A program made the translations under genes and the position numbers. The notes beneath the pieces are model-generated. The model was given only the letters and a program-made list of their open reading frames with translations, was not told the origin of the DNA and did not search any database. Positions 45,644-58,499 of a stretch of 64,000 bases of DNA are shown here, in pieces; position 1 is the first letter of the stretch; every line of letters begins with the position of its first letter. Source of the stretch: Craspedostauros australis (lineage: Eukaryota); NCBI GenBank assembly GCA_030167865.1, contig JALAGF010005488.1, positions 62,001-126,000 on the forward strand, in the 5' to 3' direction.

Positions 45644-48070
45644 CTATCTTTGTTGTTTTTGCTGCGGTTGCTTTCGCTGCTTCGACCGCTTCCGGCTATC
45701 TTCTTGAATCCGCCGGAATTGCGCTGGAACGTTATTCGTCCACGCGGCGGGAAGCATGCCAACTGTATCGATCTGGTCGAGGGGCAACCTCGTTTGCAGC
45801 AGCTCTTGGACCCTGCCGTGCGATTCGCAAGCCTTCATCAAGGCGCGCACAACCAGCGCGCTCACTTGACCGCTGCTGCAGGCATCGTGGAACACCTGCT
45901 CGATCCTCTGTTTGCGTTCGATCGAAGAATCCGCGGTATGCCGCCACACCACTTCCAACATCGTGGCGTATGCGATATGATCTGGCGACACGCCGATCTC
46001 GTACAGATCGTCCTGGAGCTCCTGATAGGTTTGCATTGCGATCTCGTACGGATCGTCGTTGGCCTCCGTGTACATGCCAAACTCATCGACGACGTTTGCA
46101 CCGGATGCACTCCCTTTGTCGCTGTGCGCGGCCGCATTGAGGACGACGGTGAATGGGATGGAGGTGATGGTGGTGTCATCGTGGCCGCTGAATGTGGAGA
46201 TGAGCTCCGGCAATATGCGCCGCGCGTTGGCGGTCTTGTTGGGATGCTCGGATTGAGCATGAGCATTCATCACGGTGGTGTAGGATTGGATATCAGGGTG
46301 GATCTGTGAGGATACACTTGGCCCGTCCGAGACATCGGCTGCGCTGTCTGTCGCTGTCGGGTACTGTTGGGAGATCAAGACGCGCAGCAATTCGTCGGCC
46401 TTTCCAGGTGCCCCCGGGTCTTTCCTTGCTGCTTTGGCCCATGCCTGCAGGACTATGTTAAACGACACTGTATTCGGCTCCACGCCCGTGAGCTGCTGTT
46501 TTGAGGAATCGTACATCTGGTGCAAAACACGTTCGGCTTGCATCGCCGAGTCATGAGTATCAGTGTTCGCCCACGCCTTGATGCACGCATTGAATGGTCG
46601 GATATCTCCACGCAAGGATGATAACCCGCTCTCGTTAACGGTGCCGTTGCTGCCGTCACTGCGTTGCTTGATTTCGTCCACAAGCATAAGGAGGATCTCC
46701 TCCGCACGTTTTGCTGAAGCAATTCGGTTTTTCTCGGATTTTGATTTATGAGCCAACGTGGCAAATGCGTCGATGGCACTCGTGAAGAGGGCGGAGTCGG
46801 GAGGCGCACGAATTCCATCGGCTTGAAGGAACTGGAGCAACAGCGTCAGCACCTTGGCGCCATACCCGGAAGCACCACTCTGCGCGTGCGCATGTATCGC
46901 TGCCGAATATATGACGGCGTTCGGAGTCACGATCTGACGTCTGTTGTTGGTGGGGATGATGGGATCGTATTCATGGCCGAATTTCTCCTTGTACAGGAGC
47001 TTCTCCTGGTGGTGCGCTTGGATCATGCGCTGCAGCAATGCCTCGGCCCTGTCTCCGCACGTGCTGTGACGCGTCCGAGCGTAGGCGTTGATGACGAGGG
47101 AGTACGACTTTGTGTTCGGCTTCGTGTGCCACCCGTGAGTCCGGTTGACCCTGCTCATGCGCTGCAAGACCTTCTCGGCTTCCACTGCCGCGCTGATGGA
47201 ACGGTACGAAGCCTGAGCAAGGCCCTGGATGAGCGTGTTGTACGTGTCAGTGGTGGGCTGGCAAGTGGATGCCTCGTACACATCAATGTCTGCATGTGGC
47301 TCGTTGTCAGAGTCAGTGCTTGTCGTCGCATCAGTGCTGGCATTAGCGTTCACGCTAATGGAAGACGATTTCCCCTCCGCTGTTTCACCTCCGTCCTTGT
47401 TGCGAAGCTTGGACACCTTCACGTCATATTCGTGTTCCTCTACCATGATGGACAAGATCTCCCTCATCCGCTCCGTGGCAAACTTGACGCGACCTGCCTG
47501 GTTGGACCAACCGTACATGATCGTTTGGAAGACCTTGGCGGGCACGATGACCTGCTCTCGTCCCGCTTGCTGATTGACGAACCTCTTCTCCTCCAGCAAC
47601 CGATCGAGGATATCGCGGGCGTGCTGCATCCCCTCGAAGGACCTCTTCTTCCCGCACTCGCGGATGAGATCCACCGAAGCGATGGCAACATCGAGAGGAT
47701 GCAGCATCCCCAGTTCTCTGGCCATGTACCTCCTTACACGCTCCTTTAACGGGAGGCTGGGATCCAGCCACAGCCGAGTCGGCCCCTCAGTCTGGTGCGT
47801 GCCCTTGCTCGCAGTGTTCCTAGTGGTGGCAGAGGGACTCATGGTCGTCGAAGCAGTTGTTGACAGTCTCCGTGACACCCATAGTTGTTGCAAATGTCTT
47901 TCTGCTCTCGCATGCAGCTGTGCTCCAGCATGCTGGTTTCGAAGAAGGGCGCTTGGTTTACGAGTAAGATGGACATCAGTAATACCAGTAGTATCTCCGG
48001 CGATCCTCAACGCTCCTGCAGAACCTCGGCTGCTGCCACGGGCTGTCCGAACCAAAAGCCTCGCGATCAT
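45644..48070 (-). CDS. Pentatricopeptide repeat (PPR) protein, likely mitochondrial, 808 aa
   Basis: Arg/Ser-rich presequence; repeats PTTDTYNTLIQGLA, PNTKSYSLVINAYA, PNTVSFNIVLQAWA, PDIQSYTTVMNAHA. Confidence 0.9.
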   Translation of the reverse strand: MIARLLVRTARGSSRGSAGALRIAGDTTGITDVHLTRKPSALLRNQHAGAQLHARAERHLQQLWVSRRLSTTASTTMSPSATTRNTASKGTHQTEGPTRLWLDPSLPLKERVRRYMARELGMLHPLDVAIASVDLIRECGKKRSFEGMQHARDILDRLLEEKRFVNQQAGREQVIVPAKVFQTIMYGWSNQAGRVKFATERMREILSIMVEEHEYDVKVSKLRNKDGGETAEGKSSSISVNANASTDATTSTDSDNEPHADIDVYEASTCQPTTDTYNTLIQGLAQASYRSISAAVEAEKVLQRMSRVNRTHGWHTKPNTKSYSLVINAYARTRHSTCGDRAEALLQRMIQAHHQEKLLYKEKFGHEYDPIIPTNNRRQIVTPNAVIYSAAIHAHAQSGASGYGAKVLTLLLQFLQADGIRAPPDSALFTSAIDAFATLAHKSKSEKNRIASAKRAEEILLMLVDEIKQRSDGSNGTVNESGLSSLRGDIRPFNACIKAWANTDTHDSAMQAERVLHQMYDSSKQQLTGVEPNTVSFNIVLQAWAKAARKDPGAPGKADELLRVLISQQYPTATDSAADVSDGPSVSSQIHPDIQSYTTVMNAHAQSEHPNKTANARRILPELISTFSGHDDTTITSIPFTVVLNAAAHSDKGSASGANVVDEFGMYTEANDDPYEIAMQTYQELQDDLYEIGVSPDHIAYATMLEVVWRHTADSSIERKQRIEQVFHDACSSGQVSALVVRALMKACESHGRVQELLQTRLPLDQIDTVGMLPAAWTNNVPAQFRRIQEDSRKRSKQRKQPQQKQQR

Positions 48071-48691
48071 GGTACTGCGATGAGTGCAATAGGTTTCGTG
48101 GCTCTTGAATGCATCCGAACATGTACCGTGGAGTAGGTCGTCCAGTACGCGTTGTTGGAATCAGCGACGTATGAGTGGTTGGCTTCAGCAATTGTGTGGT
48201 ATTACTATGCTTTGAGGTATGGTGGTTGATGACATCCTGGCAGGGTGTGTGGGGTTGGTGACGATCTGACCACCAACAGGAAAGAACACGATCCAGCCAT
48301 CGAGATCTTCGCGAATCCCATGAAGCCACGCAATCATGAGTTGTCAGTTCGTTTTCGCCATTGAGTCGAAGTTGTCGAGAACAAGATATCAATGAAACAA
48401 ACGTGCTGATGTTGTGTCTGACATCAGTGAACCATTCTGCGATGACGATGGGACTGACGACGGCGGGAAATGGTTGTTACGTGAGGACGATCGCGATGAA
48501 ACACACCATCGTCACCACCGCATCGAGATACCGAATCACCAAATCATCGAACTGCCGAAGCAATCCCAGCCAGAGAGACTCAAACATCACGACAACAAAG
48601 GAACACAATCCGATCCAATCCAGTTCCTCATCAACCACCAAAGTAACAACGTAACAACGTAACAACGCAGTACTCCAATCGATTCGAAACC

Positions 48692-49550
48692 ATGAAGAGC
48701 TTCACTTCCCTCATCATCCTCGTCTTGGCCCTGTGCTCCAGCTTCACATGGGGATTCGCACCAGTCGCCCCACGAACCATCACAACCGCACCATCTGCAT
48801 CCACCACCAGCCTCAACGTCTTCGGAAAGAAGAAGTCCGCTGCGCAGAAGGCCCGCGAGGAAGAGCTGGCAGCCAAGTACTGGCAGGGAGAATGGGTCTG
48901 TAAGGACTGCGGATACATTTACCAACGTGTACGTCCATCATCCAACTGTGGTTGACACACCAAGACGGAAGCAAATGAAGCTCATTGGTTCGCTTTGCCG
49001 CACGATCGATGCAGACGTGATGGCAAACACATCATCCGATCGTATGGTGATGTCCATCGTGTCTTCGATATGAGACAATCGCACATTGCTCTGTCCAACG
49101 ACATCATTCTGCCAACGTGAACATCCTGTGCGCTGTCATTGCTGTTGTTGTTGCTCTTGTTCTTCCGCCTTTTGTTTTCGTCACAACAATTCTGTTTTGC
49201 ATGTCTGACTCACGTCCATTATTCCACCCACAACTCGTTTGCCCGACATTTACGACGGCAATGATACCCTCCATCCATCAATGATTTCTGAAAACTGCGA
49301 TTGATATTGCGTTGACGCATTCGCATAAACACGCCAACAACAGCAAGAATGCGCTGGAATGTACTTTGAGGAGCAGGGTCCCGGCTTCCGTTGTCCTCAG
49401 TGCTCCGGACCACGACGTCGGTACGCCAAGAAGGTCGGCGACCGTGTTGGAACGACTTTGGATGGTGGCGATGCTCCAATTCTCATCTTCTCCTTCGGTG
49501 GTGTCGCTTTGACCATTGCATTCGGTATCTGGGCCGTCAACAACTTGTAA
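48692..49550 (+). CDS. Plastid-targeted rubredoxin-like protein with a C-terminal TM helix; exons 48692-48928, 49344-49550 (~147 aa)
   Basis: Signal peptide plus TWG-FAP cleavage motif; WVCKDCGYIY and FRCPQC knuckles; hydrophobic C-terminus. Confidence 0.87.
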
Positions 49551-49938
49551 ATTGGAGTGGTGTTCTCGACGCGGAAAGACAGCAAGATCGGAGCGAGGCA
49601 TCGTCCAAGCACCCTCGTGGCCACGATCACATCGTCGGCGCAGCGGCCAGCTTCATTCTGCATGGTGGCTTGCGCGGACAGAATCGCTGGTGTCGCACGC
49701 TGCAGGAGTCCCATAACACTCGGATTGCGAACGGCGACATGCTAGTAGGACGTACGAGTAGCTCAACATTTGAATGGATTATCCCTCTCTCTAGCCTATT
49801 ATTTACAGTACATTTTCTATGGTATCATTCGTGCGTCGAGTTGACGATTATGAGGGATGCATGTGGGATGTTGTCATGTGGGAAGCTTTGAAATCGGACC
49901 ATATCAGGAGTATGCTCGTGGTACAGGATGCAGATCCC

Positions 49939-52900
49939 TCACTTGCTAGAATTCAGGGGTTCAGAGACAGTCACGACTTTGGCGGCATGGGGTGGTTCGA
50001 TGGCTTTCAACACTGCCGCATTCGTTGGTTGGCCATGGTTCGCACTCGTGAGCGCAAGCGAACACGCGACCGAACTTGCATTCGAAGTCGTTTGCACAAG
50101 ACCACTGCCTTTGGGGCTTGAAGGTGCAGCGGAGGCTGCACGTTCTCCATCTTGTGCGCCAAGACCTGTGTTTGCGTTTGTCGTACCGACGGTGGCAGCT
50201 GAGTGGATGGACTGCGAAGATGGCACTTGCGATTTTTGCATCACGCCTTGAGTCGGCTTGGCTGGGTCCGGCTTTGAGGCACCACGAGAAATAGCTCCTG
50301 CAGTTGCGATTGGTGATTTCGTTGTTGCTGTGATTGTTGCTTTGTCCACCGAAAGGAGCGGAGCTGTAGTTGTTGGAAGCGGAGCAACTGCTGGTTTGCT
50401 TGCCTGTTTCCTCGAAGGCAAAGCACTGGGCGCGTTTGGCCTCACGTCTGCTGGGAGAGCTTTGGACGTCGCCGTTGTCATCGTCTTCGTTGTTGTCATA
50501 GTGGTGGTGACTATCGCCTTGGATGGCACGAGTGTCTTCATTTTCGATGCTTCTGGCGACACTCTGGGAGGAAGCGTAGTCGGAGAGGCTGTGGGCAGAT
50601 GTTGGACAGCAGATGCAACAGATCGCTGAGGGAGAAGTGCCATCGTGCTTGCTGTTTTTGGTTGAGTTGATGCGATTACCACTGGGGTGGGCTTCGCAGG
50701 TGGCGCCGTTTTCACCACAGGTGCTGCTGTTGCTGCCACTGGTGATAGGGCTGTTTGCTTCGCCTGTGCCGTCGTTGGTGCCATCGTTGCAATTGCTGTC
50801 GCTGGCATCAATGGCGCTGCTGTCGTCTTCGTGGCCACCAATGTTGTTGCTGCCGCCAGCGCGGCTACTGGTGCGACGACCTTTTGCTTTGCTTGTGCCG
50901 CGGTTGCAACTCTTGGAGTCGGTTTTACTGACGCTGGTATTGGCGCTTCTGGTGCCGCGACCCTTTGCTTCGCTTGTGTTGTTGTTGCAATTACAGGTGC
51001 TACTTGTGTGGCTCCTGGCGCCGCTGGCACTGTTGTCGGTGCCGCGGTCGTTTCTTTCACCACTACCTTCACCGTGGTTGCAGGTGCAGGTGCAGCTTCA
51101 GGTGTCAGTTTTGGTGGTACTGTTGCCGTTCTTGCTGGCATCGTTGATGGTGGCAAAGATGTCGCCGTGGCCATCGGCACTTTTGTGGTAATCATTGGTG
51201 CCGTTGCCAGCGTCACCGCGGGGAGTGTTGCCTTTTGAGCCGAAGCTGGAGCAAGCGCTAAACTTGGAACGGGAGCGAGAACTGTCGCTGGCGTGGAAGT
51301 TGATAATTGCGGTCTCGGCGCGACATGTGCTGGCACAGTGGTTGCTGTTGCTTCTGTTGATTTTAGACGGACTGCTGATGTTGCTACCGTCGTCGTTACT
51401 GTCATCGTGGATACTGTTACTGGTCTTGTGGGGGCAGCAGCAACAGCAGCAGACGTCGTAGTTTGCACTGTCTGTTGAGGTTGACCAATTGTACGAGTCG
51501 CAGACGAAGTTGGAATCATCGGAGCAACAGCTTTTGTGGGTGTAGCGGTCGTTGTTGTTGTGAGTACATTTGGAGGCGGCACTGCTGTTTTCGCTGCGGC
51601 CGCCTTCGACGGCACGGCAATAGATCGCACACCGTTCACCGTTGGTTTCGGTCGCATCGCGCAAGCTGAGACTCTCCCTGTTGTTGAAGGGGTGCCTTGG
51701 ACAGCCGTCCCTGGTGTTCGATGGACGACGGCGACTGCAATGGCCACAGGCGCGTCTACTGGGACGCCAACTCCAGGTGGCGCAACTTGTGCTATGGCGA
51801 TGGGAATGGATGCGGCCAACATCTTCGCCGGCATCGTTGCAACCGTCTTGTGCGTAGATCTGGCTGCAGACGCAGGCGCGGACCAAGTGGTCGGTTTGGC
51901 ATTGGCCGGAGCTGTCTTTATTGCCGAAGTCATCCGCAGCCCAGCAACAGATTTCATCGAAGCTCGTGGGATGGGTGCACGGGCTGTCAAACGAACTTGT
52001 GGTGATGCCTTGCCGATAGCACGAGCTGTCATTGGCAGTGGTCGTTTTGCTTGCACCACAGGAATCGATGGTTGGGTTCGATTCGATGGAGCAGCCGCGG
52101 TTGACGACGTAGTAGAAGCCAGTTTTGTTGCGGGCGTCCTTGTCCTCGTGGTCGTGGTCATCGACGTCGCAGGCACTGGTCTGCGAGCCACAGCAACAGC
52201 ATTGGAAGAGGAAATCGGCCTCTTCGAGATTGCCGATGGCGGAGGTGGTTGCTTTCGAAATGCAGTTTCCACCGCCTGCGTCCGCACGCCATGTCGCGCT
52301 GCTATTGAGGCTACTGGTGGTCTCGTGGTATGTTTCGCTTGGGTCAACGACTGAGATGCCGATGGTGGCTTGCCCGCTGCAACTATCCTTGAGACTGTTG
52401 CTGCTGTTGTTGTGGGTTTTCCAGCTGTCATCAGTTTAGCCGCTGCGGCCGCAGCCGCCAAGGACTGCTTTGGTTGAGCCGTCAATGGAGCCTTGAGCAC
52501 CGACGGAGGCACCAGCCTGGTCGAAGTGGGGGCGATAGCTGTGCCACCAGGCGGTGGCATAAGAGTGGAGGTTACAAGCATTGGTCTGAGAGCGGTGTTT
52601 GTCTTTGTGCCCTTTGACGCGAGAGCCAACACTGGTGATGCTGCCGGCTTCGGTACGGTACCAGATACAACCATCTCTGGCATCGGTGTCGGCGGCGTTG
52701 GACTATTTGCTGCGGTTGCCTGCCATTGAGCAGCGCTTGGCGCGGGCGACGTTGTTTTGCATGTGATGGGTCGGCGTTCATGAACGGACCACTTCAAACC
52801 AACCTTGTCCAATTTGTCGGCGTAGACTTGCTTGAGACTGTTCTTGACCCGGGCGGTCCGTTGACGGTTGACCCATCGTCCCAGCGCCCACTGCTTATCT

Positions 52901-55900
52901 GGAGTCTTGTAGTTGGCCGGCACGTTCCCATCCCATTCCCCGCTCTCTTGCATTCTGTCGGCGATGTACTTCTGCAATGTCTCGAACATACAATCCCACG
53001 GAGTCGTCGTCAGCATGGACCATTTGAGGCCGACCTCTTCCAGCGCTGCCTGACGGTCTGCTCGCAATCGATTTGCTTGGTACAAGCTGCGTTGTCGGTT
53101 AACCCACCGACCAAGATTCTTGTTTTCATCTACATTTTTGCCACCAGCCTTGGTCTTGATGCGGTAGTTTGTTGGGACTGCTCGAGCACGATGGATAGGG
53201 ATTGCGTTGTTGCACGTATGAGAAGTCAGTAAATGCCATTCGCACCGTGCCAACACCTCAATGGCAACCTGGTAGAATCAACCATTGCGAATGGAAGAGC
53301 ACGACAAGGTTGCAGATCATCATGAGCCAATACAAGAGGGGCAGAGTATGGTGCAACGATTCGATCATGCAACTCACCATTGCCGTCCCACTGCCGACCT
53401 GCCTTGATTTGCTCATCAATGTAAATGCGGAGCTCGGCCAGCATTTCGTTCCAAGAATTCGAGGCGAGCACACTCCATTTCAATCCAGCTTCGGTCAGTT
53501 TCTTCTCTCTCTCTGGCTTCAAAGTTCCCTTGCTTTTCGCTGAACGCTGATTATTGACCCATCGTCCCAACGCCTGACCTTTCTTCGTTTTGTACGTTGT
53601 CGGCACGTTGCCATCCCAAACCCATTCCGCCTTCTTGTCTTCAGGCAGCCCTTTTGTCTCTTCGTCACGTCGCTGCCTCACAAACGCCCGCAGGCATTCC
53701 AACGTGTTGTCCCATTTTTGGCTGCTGTGTACCTTCGATGGTGTCGATTTCGCTGATGCTGGAGTTTCGCCTGCGGTGGATGCCTGCGATGCTGGCAGCG
53801 GTGGTCTCGCTGCCACATTCGAGGTCTTTGGCGTTGTGAAAGCCTGACTGGGCCCCTGTTTCGGTGTTTGGGGCTCTATCGTTTCTTTCTTGATTCTCTT
53901 CCTTGCAGGAAGCCTTTGCTGCAGAGAAGAACCGAATGATGGTGGTACATACCCCGCGGCCGCCCTCGCACGTTCGCGAATCAATTCCATGTTCCTTCCA
54001 CTTACCGCCTTCATTGCGTTCGTATTTGCTCGTGAAGTGGATGGTCTTGCAGCTGGCTTCTTGTCAAGCGACGAGGAATCTGCGGACTTTTTGCGGTGCA
54101 TCGGAAGCGGTCTCCTGCGTTTCGTTTTCGTGCCGACGCTGCATCCGCTTCCGACTGGCGAATGAGCGACGCTAGAGGACAGCAGCGCATCTGTGAAGTC
54201 GGATCTTTTGCCGGACTCATCCGTGTCTTTCATGGCATGTTCCAAGGCATCGAGATCAAATGAGAAGTTCAGGGCCGATGATATCGATGACGATCTCCAC
54301 CGTCCCTCCACTGAGTCGCACTTCGAATTGTTGTCTGATATGTTGAGCAAGAGCGAGGTGGCGCTGTCATGGTCGCTTTCTCCTGAGGCGTCTTTCAAGT
54401 TGGCAATGTCAACGACGCTGCCGGATTCCATCGCGGCTGCAATGCCAGCGATCTCGTCCTTGTACAGCTCCATGGTTCCCTTGAGCATTGCCTGCAGCTG
54501 GGGTGTGAACTCGGCATCCGTGAAGTCCATCAACGAAGTAGATGGCTCTGTTCCGGTTGATGTCACTGACATGAACCTGGTTCTTGCGGACCCAACCCTG
54601 TCAGGAATCTCGCCAGTCTTCGCCTCATCGTTCAAGAATGCAGAGACGGAGTCGTGTGCCGACACATCGATATCCAACGTGTCACTATCCAAACTAAGTG
54701 CCGACGCTGCGAAGGCTGCTGCAGCTGCTGTGTTGCCGGTCAGGCTGGAGTTGGCATCCGTGTCCAGTCCTCCACCAGATAGGTCCGACATGCCGCCCCA
54801 AGACTCGAATCGATCTCGTCGCTTCATCTGCTTTTCTTCCGTCTGTGATAAGAATGCTTCCAGCAGCTCGCGTTGATCGTATGGCATGCCCGATCCGTTG
54901 CTGCTCTGGGAGTCCATGCTGCTCTTTCGGCTTCTCATCTCTTCGTGAGATCGTTCTTCCAGTTCCACGAGAGCCTCGGCCGCTGCGCCTGCCTCTGCTC
55001 CGAGCTCGTCCAAGTGATCCAACGCCATTCCGTGCGTGTGAATCGACGAGACGGATGCGCCGCTGCCCACTCGGATTGGACCTCCGCTCGTCGTGTCTCC
55101 GTCGGAGGTGGGCTGGGCTTCCAAGTTGGACGGCAATTTGCGAGTGAGCATGCGGAAGACTTCGTCATCTCCGATTGTTAGACTGAAATCGACAGACGAA
55201 GCTCTCCGTCTCTTTTTTGGGGGTCCGGAGGTGGTAAAAGAGCCTTCGCTGCCGTGTGAAGTGGCATGGCTGCGGGCAAGCTTCTTTGTCGCAGTCGCTT
55301 TGATCGCAGGTTTCAGTCGAACGCTGGTTGTCTCTACGGGTTCACTTTTTAGTGCTGGCAAAGCAGCAGCAGCAGCAGCAGGAGGAGCAGCCGGTGTGGC
55401 TGCTGATGTGGCATTGCCTTCATCTTTCAATGGCGCTGCTCTCTCTATCGATTCAGTGGAAGCACGATGTGCCGGGATTGAAGTCTTGGTCTTCGTCGCC
55501 GCTACATGATTCGTAGCTGTAGCTGTGGCTGCCACAATGGAGGCCGAGGCCTTCTCATTGGCAGAATCAGTGGCGCCTTCGGTCTCAACTTTTACTTGAA
55601 CCTTGACGGTTGTGGAATCCTCTGATGGTGGCGTCCGTATCTTTGCGGTCGATGTTGGTGGTAATGTTGCGGGCGCTGATGCTGCGTTTGTTGTTGTCGG
55701 TGGTTGTGCTGGTGCTTTTGTTTTTGCTGTCGATATTGTTGGTGCTGGGGATTGTCCTTTTGTGGGTGGTGATGGTGCGAGTGGCGCTCCTGATGCCGGT
55801 GCTGCAACGGCTGTGGTTGAAGCCGCTATCGCCGGCGCCGGTGCCTTGACTGGATCTCTAGCCGCAGCGGCAGTGGCAGTCGGCGTGGTTGTAGCAGCCG

Positions 55901-56312
55901 TCGCAGTCGAATCCGTTGTTGGTTTTGGTGATGGCGCTCTTATTCTGGGCATATCGATGTTACTCATTGCTGTTGGAGATGATAGGGAGGATGACACCGC
56001 TATGTCAGGCCGTACCTGGGTCTGGGCCTCTGCCCGATTCTCTGCTTGATCATTCGCGTGCGTTTGCTTCTCATTTGGTTCACGTCGCCGGCGAATATGT
56101 ATGACGGTGTCAGTCTTGTTGGAGGTGGAAAGCGGACCACTGTTGGCCGTGGGTGGCAACGGTATCTCTCCACCACCTCCCTCGAAGGCGCTGCCCCCGA
56201 TGCTCCCGAGCGATCCCGTTCCAAATTCATCGGATGATTCGCGTCGTCGTTTCGCGCCTTGCGAGGTTGCATGGGAGACGGCAGTTGTTGATGCCATGAA
56301 GGTCTTGGCCAT
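49939..56312 (-). CDS. Large helicase-associated (HA) repeat protein; exons 53378-56312, 49939-53177 (~2057 aa)
   Basis: Three repeats W...L..(F/Y)...WDGNVP..Y...LGRWVN.QR....L...GLKW; the phase-1 intron restores GNVPTNY; flanked by long Ala/Thr/Pro-rich regions. Confidence 0.88.
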
Positions 56313-58499
56313 GCAGGTGGACTGAAACTTGCTGACTTGGATGGTACGGTATGTGGGAGTATAGCACTCGTACGAGCAGTGTGTCGTCCCGTTGAATCGT
56401 GCACTGCTCGATGATGTTTCCTGTCCTCTGCGTGTGGCTGTCGCCGACCCAAATCAAGACTGGAACAACGAATGTGCACGTATCAAGAGTGCCGCTGGGA
56501 GTACTGCACAAGCCAACAAAGAGACAGGGACGAGACCAGCGCAGGGCCCAGCAGATCAAACCAAATCAGGCTGCACTCCAGTACCTCGTCCCAACTCGAT
56601 TTGGCTGTGCGCGCGAGTTTACGATGTTGCAGAGTATGGTACTCCTGCTCCTATGGCTCCTTCCAATGCTGCGTCGAGAAGGGTTCCAATGGGATAGATT
56701 GGGATGTGTACGTTGCGATATGGTACGAGTACGAGTGTCGAGAAGCGGTGGCCGTTGAGAAGAGCCGTGAAGGATGTGCGCAAGCAGTGAACGGAAGCAA
56801 GAAGAGAGGAGGCGATGAATCAACTTGGCCTAGAAGATGACGATGATGACGAGGACAGAAGTAGGCAGACAGTTCGCGCCCTGTGGCTGCCAATGAAGGC
56901 CCTCTTCCGTATCCTTACAAAGTCCAATTCCGCCCGATGGTGTTCCGGGGGTGGTTGCTCCCGATCTCGAAAGGGGTGCTGCTGCTGCTGCTGCTGCTGC
57001 TGTTTCTGTTGTTGGTGATGGCCACAATGGCAGCGAATGCTCCTTCCTATGTCCGTGTTGATGATCGTAGGAGTAGAAGTAGGTGTGTGCCGACTGTTCT
57101 CTCTGAGTCTTTGCGAACGGGGTTGGTGATTGAGGTGAAGGTGGGATTGCAGCAGCAGCATACAGACCGATGAAGCAACTAGCGTCCAATGATGGACAGA
57201 AGATGTGTCAAGTGAGACGGCTGTCTGAGTGCGTCTGTGTAGAAGGGAGAGTCAGCTCTCGACTGCTCTACTCTCTGGAGAGTTTTCTGCTCTGGTCTGC
57301 TCTATTCAAGTCAACACCTCCTTCTTGTCTTGCTCGTTCTCTGCTGCTCTTGCTTCTTCTGCGCGCAACAACAAAAAACGAAACAGTAGAAAACCTCCTT
57401 GATTGGCCTCTTTTCGTGGCGTTCCGATGTTCCTCTCTTGCTTTTTCTCTTCTGTTGGTATCAGCACGATACGAGCACAACACTCAACGACTTCTTGATG
57501 TCGCTTGGGCTGCTGACTGCAATGAGTATTCGTGCGATGCTGTGAATGCGGACAACTCTCGTTGATCGATCTGCCCTCCTGAATGCGTGCTGCAAGTATG
57601 CTTCGAGTATTTCGAGTATTGGTAATGACGCGATGAGACGTACGAGCGGAGTATGCGATTGTGCGCAATCAAGGATACCGAACGGTGATAACTCGTGGTG
57701 ATGGACGCAGGAGGCGATGTCTTCGGCGTTTTCTGTGTGACGTGCCTCGCTGTTGGCGCGCTCTCCTGGATGAAGTCGCAACGTCAATAACATTGCCTAT
57801 TTTGTTCCACAGAGAGCCAACGAAAGAAGCCGCGTCAAAGACGGCGCCAATTTTGCTCGCGCAGAAGCGCCGTCATGGTCGTCAACCCACTCGCTTTGGT
57901 CGGTTTTCTCCGAGACTCTCAAAACAGGCCGCACACGAAATGATTGGTCACGCGATTCATTGGACTCATTCTGCAGAATCAAAATTCCATCCCTTCGCTG
58001 TTTGAGCAATGACAAACAGAATCTCAAGATGGCGGACAACGAAATTCCACAACGACGACACAAACGAGACCATGCGAATAATTGATATTTGTCGTATGTA
58101 TGTCTCAACGGACACATACAACGGATGCGTTTTGATTCGTGCGACCACACGACATTCCGCGTGGAACTCGGAAACCCGCATGCACGATTGATGGATGACC
58201 CATGACCGGGAAAATCGCCAGGCGACGATTCTCGACCGAGAAGCCAATCCAACGCACAAAAATGTGCGACTGGGTGTGTCCAAAACAACTCACTCTTCGT
58301 GCGCAACGGTCACCGATGATTCTCCAAAAACCATTCGCATCCTCGCGCTTCTCCGGATCCATCACAACACGCCATTTCCGCAACGGTCTCATAATCGCCC
58401 AAGCACTCCAAAGCAACCAGGAACACTTCCTCACAACCACAGCACAAGCATTCCAACAAAGCACCAGTACTATACTCCACTCTTCCACACGCAGCCACA

